Sequence record: NC_027402.1 | Strand: one strand, 5' to 3' | Length of the DNA: 64,000 nucleotides | In this document: positions 9,169-17,352 of the stretch, in pieces | How the letters are laid out: the number at the start of each line of letters is the position of its first letter | How positions within the stretch are numbered: position 1 is the first letter of the stretch | The notes under the pieces: model-generated | What the model was told of the DNA's origin: nothing | Databases searched by the model: none | The model's input: only the letters and a program-made list of their open reading frames with translations | Made by a program: the position numbers and the translations under genes

Positions 9169-11346
9169 ATGTCATACACTCCCGATTTAGTGGCGACCGT
9201 GATTCGGTCGCTCAACCGTAAAAACGCGGTCGCCAAAGCAGTAGACCCCGCTAACGTACGCCTGGTGTCCGTGGCGCATCGTGACGAAAAAACCCTAGAC
9301 GTCACACTGACAGGGGGTCCGGGGTATTCAAGTTACGGTCAAATTACGGCCCAAGTGACGAAGCAAAATATTGCTGATTATTTCGCTAAGGTTAAGTTGG
9401 ATGCCATTCCCACTTGTGCGTCCATCCACGAACTGTTGCCACATTTAGACACTCTACTAGGGATTACCTTTTTAACCGACGACTTTGAAGACCTGCCCAT
9501 CACTTGGACAAACAATGCTGCGCGCATCACGTTCCAGGCGAAACAGACAAGTCTTATCTGGTACGGCAGCCAAACGCTAGATGTGATAAACGGTGACGTG
9601 GATATCAACACCGTCTACACTGTTACCAACATCATTCTCACGCTAAAGGCTGCGAATAAACAGCAGTGGATTAACTTCTACTCTAATGCAGCCAAACGGA
9701 TCGTGGATCTTGATAAAGTCGATGTCAGTGCCCCGATGTCCCCGGAGGATATAGGCCAAACCTCTGCGTATAACAGCGTCGTAGCTTTGACCGCTAGACC
9801 GGGGAGCGGGATGTTTGGAACGAAGTATGTGTTCTTCTCACGTAACAAACTCGAGACATATTCAGGCAAAACCACATACGTCCCGGATGATTTCACCGGT
9901 AGCCTGCACGATGCTCTGGCCATCGAGACACTCGGCATTCGGAGCGTTTTTGATGTAAACGAAATTGCTCCTGTAGAGAGCCTGGCAGGCGAGTGGCCGA
10001 GACAAGTGCAATTGGCACCCGTAGAGGGTTCGTACAAAGTCATGGGCAGCGCCACGTTGAATGTGGCACGCTATCAAGATAACGAGCAAACCCTTAACCT
10101 GAACTACACAACTACGTCGCAACTTTCGGACAGCTACTGGGCCACAACGTTGACCAACCACGCGGCGTGCGGGCGTTTGTTTGTTAACGTGACCGTAGAT
10201 GCGGGGGCTTTCGTTTATCGCGACAGCAACCTGAAACCGACGTTCGTTATCGACGAATTGCCGCAAATTGGCGAGGTGGTTTGGAACTTCGTTAACCGGG
10301 GAACCATTCTTGGTCGTGGTGGTTCGGGTGTGGTCTACTCTATGCCTGCGAACACATCAGCGGACGGAGCTGACGCAATCCACATTAGCGATACCTTCCG
10401 TGGCAAAGTCACCATCGAAAACTACGGCACCATCGCCGGTGGTGGGGGTGGGGGTGACTACTATGCGTTTAGCACCACCAAGATCGGTGGAGCTGGTGGT
10501 GCGCCTCTCGGGCCAGGCGCGGCGGTGCCCAGCGGCACCAATAACCGTAACGGCTTAGCTGGGTCCCGTGACAAAGGCGGTGCTACCCAGTTAGTCGTCG
10601 CACAATTTACCGGCTACCAGAGTCGCTACTATGGCGGTCCGGGTGGGGATTGGGGCCAGCCGGGACGATATACAGCGTTCGAGCAATGGAACACCCCGGC
10701 TACCGGCTCGCCAGTCTATGTCTACGGTCGTGAAGACGGGATGTCATGGACTCGCCCTGGGATGGCAGGCGAAGCCGTCGGTGGGAATAAAAGTATCGTC
10801 AACTGGGTATCCGTCGGAACGGTGAAACCGAATGTTACCGACGAGTACCAAGAATTCCTCGACTACCTCGCAGTTTTAGATGCCAACCGACTGGCCAGTG
10901 CGGATGGGATAGATAAAGTCACCGACCCAACCAAGCCTGTAGTTGTGGAGTTCTTAGGTACGATTATTTCAGGTACGCTGTTCAAAAAGCAAAACATACC
11001 CGGCGGTTTGGTGGGAACACCATACGGTGATGCTGTAGCCAATTTACCGAGCACCACATTGTTTGGTATCATGGCACACAGTGTATCGGAGTTTGATATT
11101 GTGCACGATATTTGGCGTTACAACCGTGCGGTGATGTTCACGCTAAAACCCGCGCCTACCGGGACGATTAACCTCGCTGTGGAACGCAACCGGGTGAAAT
11201 CGGCTACCAGTAGTGCACCGGTGGAGAAGTTCTATGTCGATCGCTTCGTGTATTACGATGCCTACCTCGGTAAGATGATGGAATGTAATCCGTATACCAA
11301 ATCCGCCCCTAAACCGTGGGTGCGGCCAAAGATATCGTTATCATAA
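9169..11346 (+). CDS. Tail-associated receptor-binding protein with internal T-even gp38-like Gly-rich adhesin domain
   Basis: 725 aa; GRGGSG, AIH, NYGTIAGGGGGG, GGAGGAPLG, GGPGGDWG, G.AGEAV.G, NW..VGT follow the order of gp38 glycine-rich motifs. Confidence 0.7.
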   Translation: MSYTPDLVATVIRSLNRKNAVAKAVDPANVRLVSVAHRDEKTLDVTLTGGPGYSSYGQITAQVTKQNIADYFAKVKLDAIPTCASIHELLPHLDTLLGITFLTDDFEDLPITWTNNAARITFQAKQTSLIWYGSQTLDVINGDVDINTVYTVTNIILTLKAANKQQWINFYSNAAKRIVDLDKVDVSAPMSPEDIGQTSAYNSVVALTARPGSGMFGTKYVFFSRNKLETYSGKTTYVPDDFTGSLHDALAIETLGIRSVFDVNEIAPVESLAGEWPRQVQLAPVEGSYKVMGSATLNVARYQDNEQTLNLNYTTTSQLSDSYWATTLTNHAACGRLFVNVTVDAGAFVYRDSNLKPTFVIDELPQIGEVVWNFVNRGTILGRGGSGVVYSMPANTSADGADAIHISDTFRGKVTIENYGTIAGGGGGGDYYAFSTTKIGGAGGAPLGPGAAVPSGTNNRNGLAGSRDKGGATQLVVAQFTGYQSRYYGGPGGDWGQPGRYTAFEQWNTPATGSPVYVYGREDGMSWTRPGMAGEAVGGNKSIVNWVSVGTVKPNVTDEYQEFLDYLAVLDANRLASADGIDKVTDPTKPVVVEFLGTIISGTLFKKQNIPGGLVGTPYGDAVANLPSTTLFGIMAHSVSEFDIVHDIWRYNRAVMFTLKPAPTGTINLAVERNRVKSATSSAPVEKFYVDRFVYYDAYLGKMMECNPYTKSAPKPWVRPKISLS

Positions 11347-11390
11347 TTTAACGAGGAACTTGACGGGGTTAAAGCCTGAGAATAACCCAT

Positions 11391-11425
11391 GCCCTCTTCC
11401 CCACGGGGAAGAGGCTTTCTTTTTA
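11391..11425 (+). terminator. Intrinsic terminator
   Basis: CCTCTTCCC-CACG-GGGAAGAGG followed by CTTTCTTTTT. Confidence 0.8.
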
Positions 11426-11451
11426 TGACCCTATCAACGCAGGAGGTTATC

Positions 11452-12042
11452 GTGGTCGATCGTTGGAGTAAAGAGGGCATTATTCGTGCCAAAGTAAACA
11501 TCGAAGCCGGTTACGTTAATAACCCGAAAGATTTGGGTAAAGCAACTAACCGTGGTGTCACCGAACTCACGGCGCGTGAATATGGCTATAAAGGGGATAT
11601 GCGTGACCTGAGCCTAGAAACCGCGTTAGACATTTACAACAAGCTCTGGTGGCAGCGGATGCGCTTAGACCAGATTATGAAAATGAATGTCCTGCTAGCT
11701 GACCGGATGTTTGATTTCGGCATCAACGCAGGTCGCGGTAACTGTATCAAGTCCCTGCAGCGCATTCTGAACGTATTAAACCGTCAGGGTAAACTGTACG
11801 ACGATATCGATGCCGACGGTGGTATTGGACCACGTACGTTAACAGCGTTAGATGGCTTTATCAAAGCTCGTGGGGAAGAGGGCCTGAATCGACTGATGTT
11901 CGCTTTAACCTGTCATCAGGTGGCGTACTACACCGAAATCAGTGAAGAGCGTGAGGATAACGAAGAGTTTACTTACGGCTGGTATGGGCGCGTCTATCAG
12001 GAAATGCCAGACTACGTGGCTAAGTTGGGAATGTGCAAATGA
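11452..12042 (+). CDS. Glycoside hydrolase family 108 lysozyme with C-terminal peptidoglycan-binding domain (putative endolysin)
   Basis: GTG start after AGGAGG; EAGYVNNPKDLGKATNRGVT (GH108 EGGY-type motif), FDFGINAG, DADGGIGPRT, EEFTYGWYGR. Confidence 0.85.
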   Translation: MVDRWSKEGIIRAKVNIEAGYVNNPKDLGKATNRGVTELTAREYGYKGDMRDLSLETALDIYNKLWWQRMRLDQIMKMNVLLADRMFDFGINAGRGNCIKSLQRILNVLNRQGKLYDDIDADGGIGPRTLTALDGFIKARGEEGLNRLMFALTCHQVAYYTEISEEREDNEEFTYGWYGRVYQEMPDYVAKLGMCK

Positions 12043-12140
12043 AACAGAATTGGTTTGCTGCCTTAATGAAAGCTATCTGGCGTGCTCTTGTGTTTGCCGC
12101 GAGGAGAAAACGTAATGACCCACCGTCCAACTCCGCCTAA
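12039..12140 (+). CDS. 33 aa cationic amphipathic micro-protein
   Basis: ATGA overlap with the GH108 stop; MKQNWFAALMKAIWRALVFAARRKRNDPPSNSA. Confidence 0.5.
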   Translation: MKQNWFAALMKAIWRALVFAARRKRNDPPSNSA

Positions 12141-12267
12141 GTTCCCCGAAGTACAAACCGTTCCGGAAACGTATTACGATTCTGGGTTCTTCAAACTATT
12201 ACGTGCGATCTTCTGTCGGAGGGTAAAGCCATGCAATACGACAACGACGACTGGCCGAAAGGCTTAA
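12115..12267 (+). CDS. 50 aa micro-protein with amphipathic basic helix
   Basis: GAGGAG SD; MTHRPTPPKF...FFKLLRAIFCRRVK. Confidence 0.5.
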   Translation: MTHRPTPPKFPEVQTVPETYYDSGFFKLLRAIFCRRVKPCNTTTTTGRKA

Positions 12268-12323
12268 TGCCCATTTTACTGGGATTAATGGTCCTCACGA
12301 TGCTCGTGCGTTATATGACGTGA
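12231..12323 (+). CDS. 30 aa single-TM micro-protein
   Basis: GGAGG SD; MQYDNDDWPKGLMPILLGLMVLTMLVRYMT. Confidence 0.5.
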   Translation: MQYDNDDWPKGLMPILLGLMVLTMLVRYMT

Positions 12324-12330
12324 GGCCAGT

Positions 12331-12972
12331 ATGGAAGCACTTAAGTATAAGTTGTTAGAGAAGCCGTGGTTTATTCTCACGGATGATTTCCATTTCGAGT
12401 TTACGTTGCGCAGCTTGTATCGTGAAGACACCGGAATGGATGCGATGGTAGCATTATCAGGTGTACATCCGGATACTCCGTTATGGGTAACGGTGCCGAA
12501 AGGATTTGTAACAGACCTGGCAAGCATTCCAGAAGCGTTACGTCCTATCCTGCATCCAGATGGCCCTTGGGCTGCTGCCGCTTGTGTGCATGATTTGTTT
12601 TACCAGAAACGTTCATCGGTAGGCTTTTACCCTGACACCGTTGAAGGTAATCTATCTCGTGCTTGCGACAAAACATTCGCTGACCTGATGTTCTTACGCA
12701 TCATGGAGGCATTAGGCGTTGACACCTTTATTCGTAAGTCCTTCTACCGTGCCGTTCACGAGTTTGGTTGGCCGTCCTATGTAGACGATAACTCTAAAGT
12801 GGTTTATAGCCGGCCGGTAGAAAAGACGTTGTCCTATAATCGCAACTACCTGTTCTTTAGAACATCTCGTACGTTAGCGATTCCTGAACACGAACGTGTT
12901 GACATTACTAATGGGCAACCGGTAAACGTGCAGTATTTGAATATCAAACGTGCGTTCCTGACCGCCCCTTAA
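12331..12972 (+). CDS. DUF1353-family protein
   Basis: VPKGFVTDLASIP...P.GPWAAAACVHDLFY motif. Confidence 0.8.
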   Translation: MEALKYKLLEKPWFILTDDFHFEFTLRSLYREDTGMDAMVALSGVHPDTPLWVTVPKGFVTDLASIPEALRPILHPDGPWAAAACVHDLFYQKRSSVGFYPDTVEGNLSRACDKTFADLMFLRIMEALGVDTFIRKSFYRAVHEFGWPSYVDDNSKVVYSRPVEKTLSYNRNYLFFRTSRTLAIPEHERVDITNGQPVNVQYLNIKRAFLTAP

Positions 12973-12981
12973 GGAGAGAAA

Positions 12982-13497
12982 ATGTTTCATCCGAATCCTG
13001 CCAACTTCGCGTTAAAAGAGTTGATGCCGCAGGAGTACATCGCGAAATACGGTGAAGGTGCTATTCGTTTCCTTAATCCGTTACTGCTAATCTCACTCCA
13101 ACAGATTCGTAATCGTTTTGGACGGATGGTGATTTTAACCAGTTCCCAGCAACAGCGTAGTCTGCGTACCCTGCAGTTCTTTATTAATCAAGAGAAACCA
13201 AAGGGTGGCGATTGGCAAACTCGTGCAAACAAACTGTACGCCGAATCAGGCAGTATGCATAAATTCGGTAATGCGTTTGATGCAACAATGCTCGATACTC
13301 CGTTGCAGAAAGTCCACGATTATATTGCCGCGAACCCTGACGAGTTTCCATTTATTCACTTTATCGAGTGCGATATTACCTGGCTGCATGTTGACGTACG
13401 CAACCAACCTGATATCACCTTCTGGTCACCAACGCGTGGTACCGTTAAAGTGGTAAAACAACAACCCATCGATTGGAGCAAGCTAGTTAAAATCTAA
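12982..13497 (+). CDS. Peptidase M15-family Zn peptidase (peptidoglycan hydrolase)
   Basis: SMHKFGNAFD (H-x6-D) and WLHVDVR zinc-ligand motifs. Confidence 0.8.
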   Translation: MFHPNPANFALKELMPQEYIAKYGEGAIRFLNPLLLISLQQIRNRFGRMVILTSSQQQRSLRTLQFFINQEKPKGGDWQTRANKLYAESGSMHKFGNAFDATMLDTPLQKVHDYIAANPDEFPFIHFIECDITWLHVDVRNQPDITFWSPTRGTVKVVKQQPIDWSKLVKI

Positions 13498-13589
13498 GCT
13501 ACTTTAATCAAAAGTAATATAATTTATCATCTAATACGTTTAACGCTTTTAGAGAGCGTTACAGAGCGTTTTAGAGGGTAAATAAAGCC

Positions 13590-13620
13590 CTTACCCACTC
13601 CCCTTACGGGAGTGGGTAAG
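13590..13620. terminator. Bidirectional terminator, TACC(C/T)ACTCCC family
   Basis: 13-bp stem CTTACCCACTCCC/GGGAGTGGGTAAG between convergent genes. Confidence 0.75.
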
Positions 13621-13622
13621 CA

Positions 13623-14114
13623 CTATTTATTTTCTTCTAACGGAACAATCGTAATCGGGGTAGGAACTTCGTCAATAAGGCCGCCACTGCAGCGAAAGAA
13701 CGTCATCCCTTTACCTTCCCCGGTATGCGGGTTCACATCCGAAAAAGAATAAGTAGGGCCATCGTTTACGGTTTTATTAATACGGTAATAACGTTCGCCT
13801 GTGGTGGTGTTAATATTCCCGTCGATTTTGCCGATCACGTCTTTAAACATCATCGGTGACTCTAGTTTGCCACCGTCCCACGTTGCTACCCAGTTTGCAC
13901 CCACATCCATTACTGTTACTGACCGCGGCATCATTTGTAGGTTGTCCAGTACCGGACGGTAGTCTACAAACTTCTCCTGCGTCCCTGTGCATGTATAAAT
14001 CACCAAGTCGTGATTCTTTACTGGTGTGGCGCTAAATTGCCCTATGTTGCTTGGCGACTGAACACAACCGGCCAACAGGTTTATAATCGCGAATACGATA
14101 AATAGACGTTTCAT
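13623..14114 (-). CDS. Lipoprotein of unknown function
   Basis: MKRLFIVFAIINLLAGC: signal peptide with LAGC lipobox. Confidence 0.75.
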   Translation of the reverse strand: MKRLFIVFAIINLLAGCVQSPSNIGQFSATPVKNHDLVIYTCTGTQEKFVDYRPVLDNLQMMPRSVTVMDVGANWVATWDGGKLESPMMFKDVIGKIDGNINTTTGERYYRINKTVNDGPTYSFSDVNPHTGEGKGMTFFRCSGGLIDEVPTPITIVPLEENK

Positions 14115-14238
14115 AAGGTATCCTTTCGGTGGTAAAAATTTTCTCGTTTAACAGCCAACTTTACTGTCATATTAAGCCCACTATGTATTTTTTAGAATGA
14201 TTTAGTATGCACCACAAACCTACTATAAGGAAACAACC

Positions 14239-14766
14239 ATGGCAGTCATCTCTGCAAAAGACCAACTCGTCGCGCTGTTTAATGCTGCAAACAGCGGACT
14301 GTCTAGTCCGTTAACTGCTGCTGACGTTACATTCGGCGCTGTTGCTGACTATTCACCAGCTGATTCCGGAGACACACGCAACTCCAAACTTACCATCACC
14401 GCCACCGAGGAATCCGCTAACTTTACTGGCGAGAAAGAGCTGCATTATACCCGCCTCAATTCATTGAACATCATCGGTGCGAAAGCAGTGACCGCTGACC
14501 AGGCAGAATGGGATACCGATGAAGAAGTGCTTGCTTTTGTCAACGCAGATCTAATTGCTGCCGGTAAAACGGAAGATGCGTTTGCATTGTCTGAACTCAC
14601 CATTACACGCGAGGACGGCAGCAGTGGTGAGAAAATCATCACTGTTAAGGTGAAAGAAGGCCACATCAAATACCAACCTGCCAGCCTTGCGGTTTATACT
14701 GTAACACAGCCAATCGTTAAAACTGACCTGAGCACCACCAACGGTGAACTGGACGGATTCGTTTAA
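14239..14766 (+). CDS. Small virion structural protein (YTRLN domain, TNGELDGF end)
   Basis: 175 aa acidic protein sharing N- and C-terminal motifs with the B genes; AAGGA SD. Confidence 0.7.
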   Translation: MAVISAKDQLVALFNAANSGLSSPLTAADVTFGAVADYSPADSGDTRNSKLTITATEESANFTGEKELHYTRLNSLNIIGAKAVTADQAEWDTDEEVLAFVNADLIAAGKTEDAFALSELTITREDGSSGEKIITVKVKEGHIKYQPASLAVYTVTQPIVKTDLSTTNGELDGFV

Positions 14767-14806
14767 CAAAACAACTTAGTAGTTTCTAAGAAATAAATAA
14801 AAGGTA

Positions 14807-14830
14807 CCTACCTCCCCGAAGGGAGGTAGG
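14807..14830. terminator. Bidirectional terminator ending the radical SAM/tail-fibre operon
   Basis: CCTACCTCCC-CGAA-GGGAGGTAGG with an A tract before and a T tract after. Confidence 0.75.
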
Positions 14831-14847
14831 GCCTTTATTTTCTTTGC

Positions 14848-15519
14848 TTACATGCCGAGAGATTCGGACAATGTTTTTAATCCAGTGTAATCGCGCTTTT
14901 CAGCTAACTCACGGATTTGGCGTTTGTTATCTGCCATTGCTGAGTGCAACACCTGGTCACGTGCAACAATAGCGCCCAACAACGCTTTACATTGGTCTAC
15001 TGTAAACGGACTGTGCTTAGTATTCAGCGTATCGAGCCAGTATTCTGGTGCGGTATCTGCCTGAATGTATTGACCGAGGATGGTACGCGACGATTCATCG
15101 GCTTGAAAGTGACTACCTTCAAACTCGATATAACCATGACGCTCATCTTCGTACCGGTGGTCAAGTTCCAACAGCATCTTCTGCACGTCTTCGTAAATGT
15201 AACGTGCGGTAGATTTCAGATTCCCGCGAATTTCGTCGAGGTCAATCTCCAGCACATTAGCAATGAACTCTTTCGTGCGTTTCAATGTGAAGTTAGCTTC
15301 AATCTCCGACATCTCATACAGCTTCATGCGTGCCAGGGCTTCTTTATCAGACATCCCTTCGATGAGATGATAATGGAGCAGAGCGCAAAAGCCTGTACGG
15401 CCCTGATCCTGCGCACCGATTCGTTCCATGAAATTACCGTGACGATCAATCGGCAAATCACGCTGGAAATAACGGGCGCGGATCTCTTCGTTCGTTAAGC
15501 TTTTGTCAGTAACAGACAT
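14848..15519 (-). CDS. Protein with C-terminal DUF4376-like (tail-fibre assembly-associated) domain
   Basis: GYIEFEGSHFQADESSR...WLDTLN....FTVDQCKALLGAI resembles DUF4376 as I recall it. Confidence 0.55.
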   Translation of the reverse strand: MSVTDKSLTNEEIRARYFQRDLPIDRHGNFMERIGAQDQGRTGFCALLHYHLIEGMSDKEALARMKLYEMSEIEANFTLKRTKEFIANVLEIDLDEIRGNLKSTARYIYEDVQKMLLELDHRYEDERHGYIEFEGSHFQADESSRTILGQYIQADTAPEYWLDTLNTKHSPFTVDQCKALLGAIVARDQVLHSAMADNKRQIRELAEKRDYTGLKTLSESLGM

Positions 15520-16061
15520 TCGTCCTCCTCAATCAGGCCAAGTTCTAACAACAAACCGAAGTCCAGCATCTGGAAGTCCTGATCGAGGTTACCGGCCCAC
15601 AACAGAGAAATGTTGTGTTGCTCTTCTTCTTCCAACTGCGGGAGCAGGTGTTCTTCGAAGATTTGACGCTCTGTGTAATAAGCGTCAACCGGGTTATTGG
15701 AGCGTAAGTTACGAATACGCATCCGCGGGAAAGACAAGCCCAAAGCCACTAAACTTTCAGGACTGGCTTCATCAATAGAGTGACGTAGCAGTTCGATTTT
15801 GTGGCGTGGGTATGCAAGCAGTCGCTTCTCAAAGCCAGGGTTGCGCTTTTCGATTTCCGCGACAGACTCGTGTCCTTTCTCAACGCAGTAGACCGGGATC
15901 ATCACATTCAGCCCGTATTTAATCAACAGGCTTTGGATTTCATCAGTGAAGTCTTCCCCTGCCACAATTGCGTGCACATTGTACAGCTTGCTTTTGCGCA
16001 GGAAGCGATCGACCAAGTGCAGTTTACGCTTCGTAAAATTGTGAATCAGTATTGACTTCAT
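15495..16061 (-). CDS. Hypothetical protein in radical SAM operon (188 aa)
   Basis: Start moved to MKSILIH (GGAG SD); overlaps both neighbours. Confidence 0.6.
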   Translation of the reverse strand: MKSILIHNFTKRKLHLVDRFLRKSKLYNVHAIVAGEDFTDEIQSLLIKYGLNVMIPVYCVEKGHESVAEIEKRNPGFEKRLLAYPRHKIELLRHSIDEASPESLVALGLSFPRMRIRNLRSNNPVDAYYTERQIFEEHLLPQLEEEEQHNISLLWAGNLDQDFQMLDFGLLLELGLIEEDECLLLTKA

Positions 16062-17352
16062 TCTGGGCTCCGTTTTGTAATTTTTCTGCTTCAGCACGTT
16101 GGCGTACACAACGTGAACAATAGCACATGGATTTATCATGCAAATCTGATGCGCGGGTCGTACCAGTTTTCTGATACCAATATTCCGCCGCCATCAGCTT
16201 CGCAGTAGTCCAACCACACTGACGACGCTCGGCGTGATACGCTTTACGGTCTTCCAGTGTACCTTCACCGTTTTCGTACGATGCTGCTGCGCAGCTACCG
16301 CAGCTGTGTTTCATCGGACACCCTAAACAGGTTTCTGGGTAGTTGGTGTACTGCGTTTGAATCTCTTCTAACAGCTTACCACCGTCCAGGCTCACAAACT
16401 CACGACCGACCAGTTCTGCTACAGCAGAACGGGAAGTTACCGTGGACATGAAACGGTTACAACCGTAAATCTTGCGATCAAAGCCGAGACAGGTCATGTG
16501 CGTCAACGTACCGCAGTACGGTTTCAGGCGTTCTGGGTCGAGACGAACAGAGTCGTCATGTAAGAGTTTGTCACGCCAATCCGGGTCCCAAGTTGCCATA
16601 AAGTTCAGGCCATCCGGGATGATGTGTGTAATCGTGTTACGCGGGTTGGTGTGCAGACCCTTCTCAATCCAGTAGTCCATCACGTCCATCATCTGGTTCG
16701 CGATATCCAACGCCATATGGCGCGGCAGGATATCTTCGTACGTTACGTTACCAGAAATGGTACCACCGCCGGACATGTCAATTAACGATTTCATGCTGGC
16801 GGCATAGTGCGGCAATGTATCGATCGTAAACGTCGCCTTTACGCCCAGTTCAGCGATGCCAACACTCTTCAGATAATTGTAACCGCGTACCGCAGCTTCG
16901 TACGACCCTTCACGCGTCGTGGTAAAGATACGATATTTGTCATGGACTTCAGGTAAACCATCGATGGAGACCCCAATAGACAGTTTGTCTTTCCAGCGCT
17001 CGATAATTTCTTTGTTCAGCGGACGGTCCAGAAGTGTACCGTTCGTGGAGATACTGAACATATACGGGCGATTGTGTTCTGCGCATAACTTCTCTGCGGT
17101 TTCAAAGGCCGCCAAAAGAAGTTTAGGCTGCATGAACGGCTCACCACCGATGATATCGATGATGACTTCAACGTTCGGGATATCTTTATCACGCTCGAAA
17201 CAAGCGTGGATAAAATCAATCACGTCTGCTACTTTGTTGTTACGAGGATATTTACGCTCGTAGCAGTATTCGCAGTCCAGGTTACATGACAGGTTAGTCA
17301 CAACCTGATACGTGCGTGGTGTGTACTGGATTTGCTGTTCGCTGTTACTCAT
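16024..17352 (-). CDS. Radical SAM/SPASM peptide maturase, CXXX-repeat-target type (TIGR04115-like)
   Basis: CNLDCEYC (CX3CX2C), GGEP, STNGTLL, SIDG; SPASM-type YCG..C....IYGC...CLGCPMKHSCGSC...C. Confidence 0.9.
   Translation of the reverse strand: MSNSEQQIQYTPRTYQVVTNLSCNLDCEYCYERKYPRNNKVADVIDFIHACFERDKDIPNVEVIIDIIGGEPFMQPKLLLAAFETAEKLCAEHNRPYMFSISTNGTLLDRPLNKEIIERWKDKLSIGVSIDGLPEVHDKYRIFTTTREGSYEAAVRGYNYLKSVGIAELGVKATFTIDTLPHYAASMKSLIDMSGGGTISGNVTYEDILPRHMALDIANQMMDVMDYWIEKGLHTNPRNTITHIIPDGLNFMATWDPDWRDKLLHDDSVRLDPERLKPYCGTLTHMTCLGFDRKIYGCNRFMSTVTSRSAVAELVGREFVSLDGGKLLEEIQTQYTNYPETCLGCPMKHSCGSCAAASYENGEGTLEDRKAYHAERRQCGWTTAKLMAAEYWYQKTGTTRASDLHDKSMCYCSRCVRQRAEAEKLQNGAQNEVNTDSQFYEA

Noticed and set aside
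11344-11346. Genome-wide stop-codon reassignment to explain the internal TAA
   Set aside because: TAA is the normal stop for most genes here, and long ORFs are intact under the standard code.
11389-11451. ORF-track N-terminal extension of the GH108 gene
   Set aside because: It runs through a terminator hairpin; AGGAGG points to the GTG at 11452.
14944-16055. + strand ORFs antisense to the radical SAM operon (14944-15498, 15503-15778, 15801-16055)
   Set aside because: They are antisense to coherent coupled genes, with no SD or motif support.
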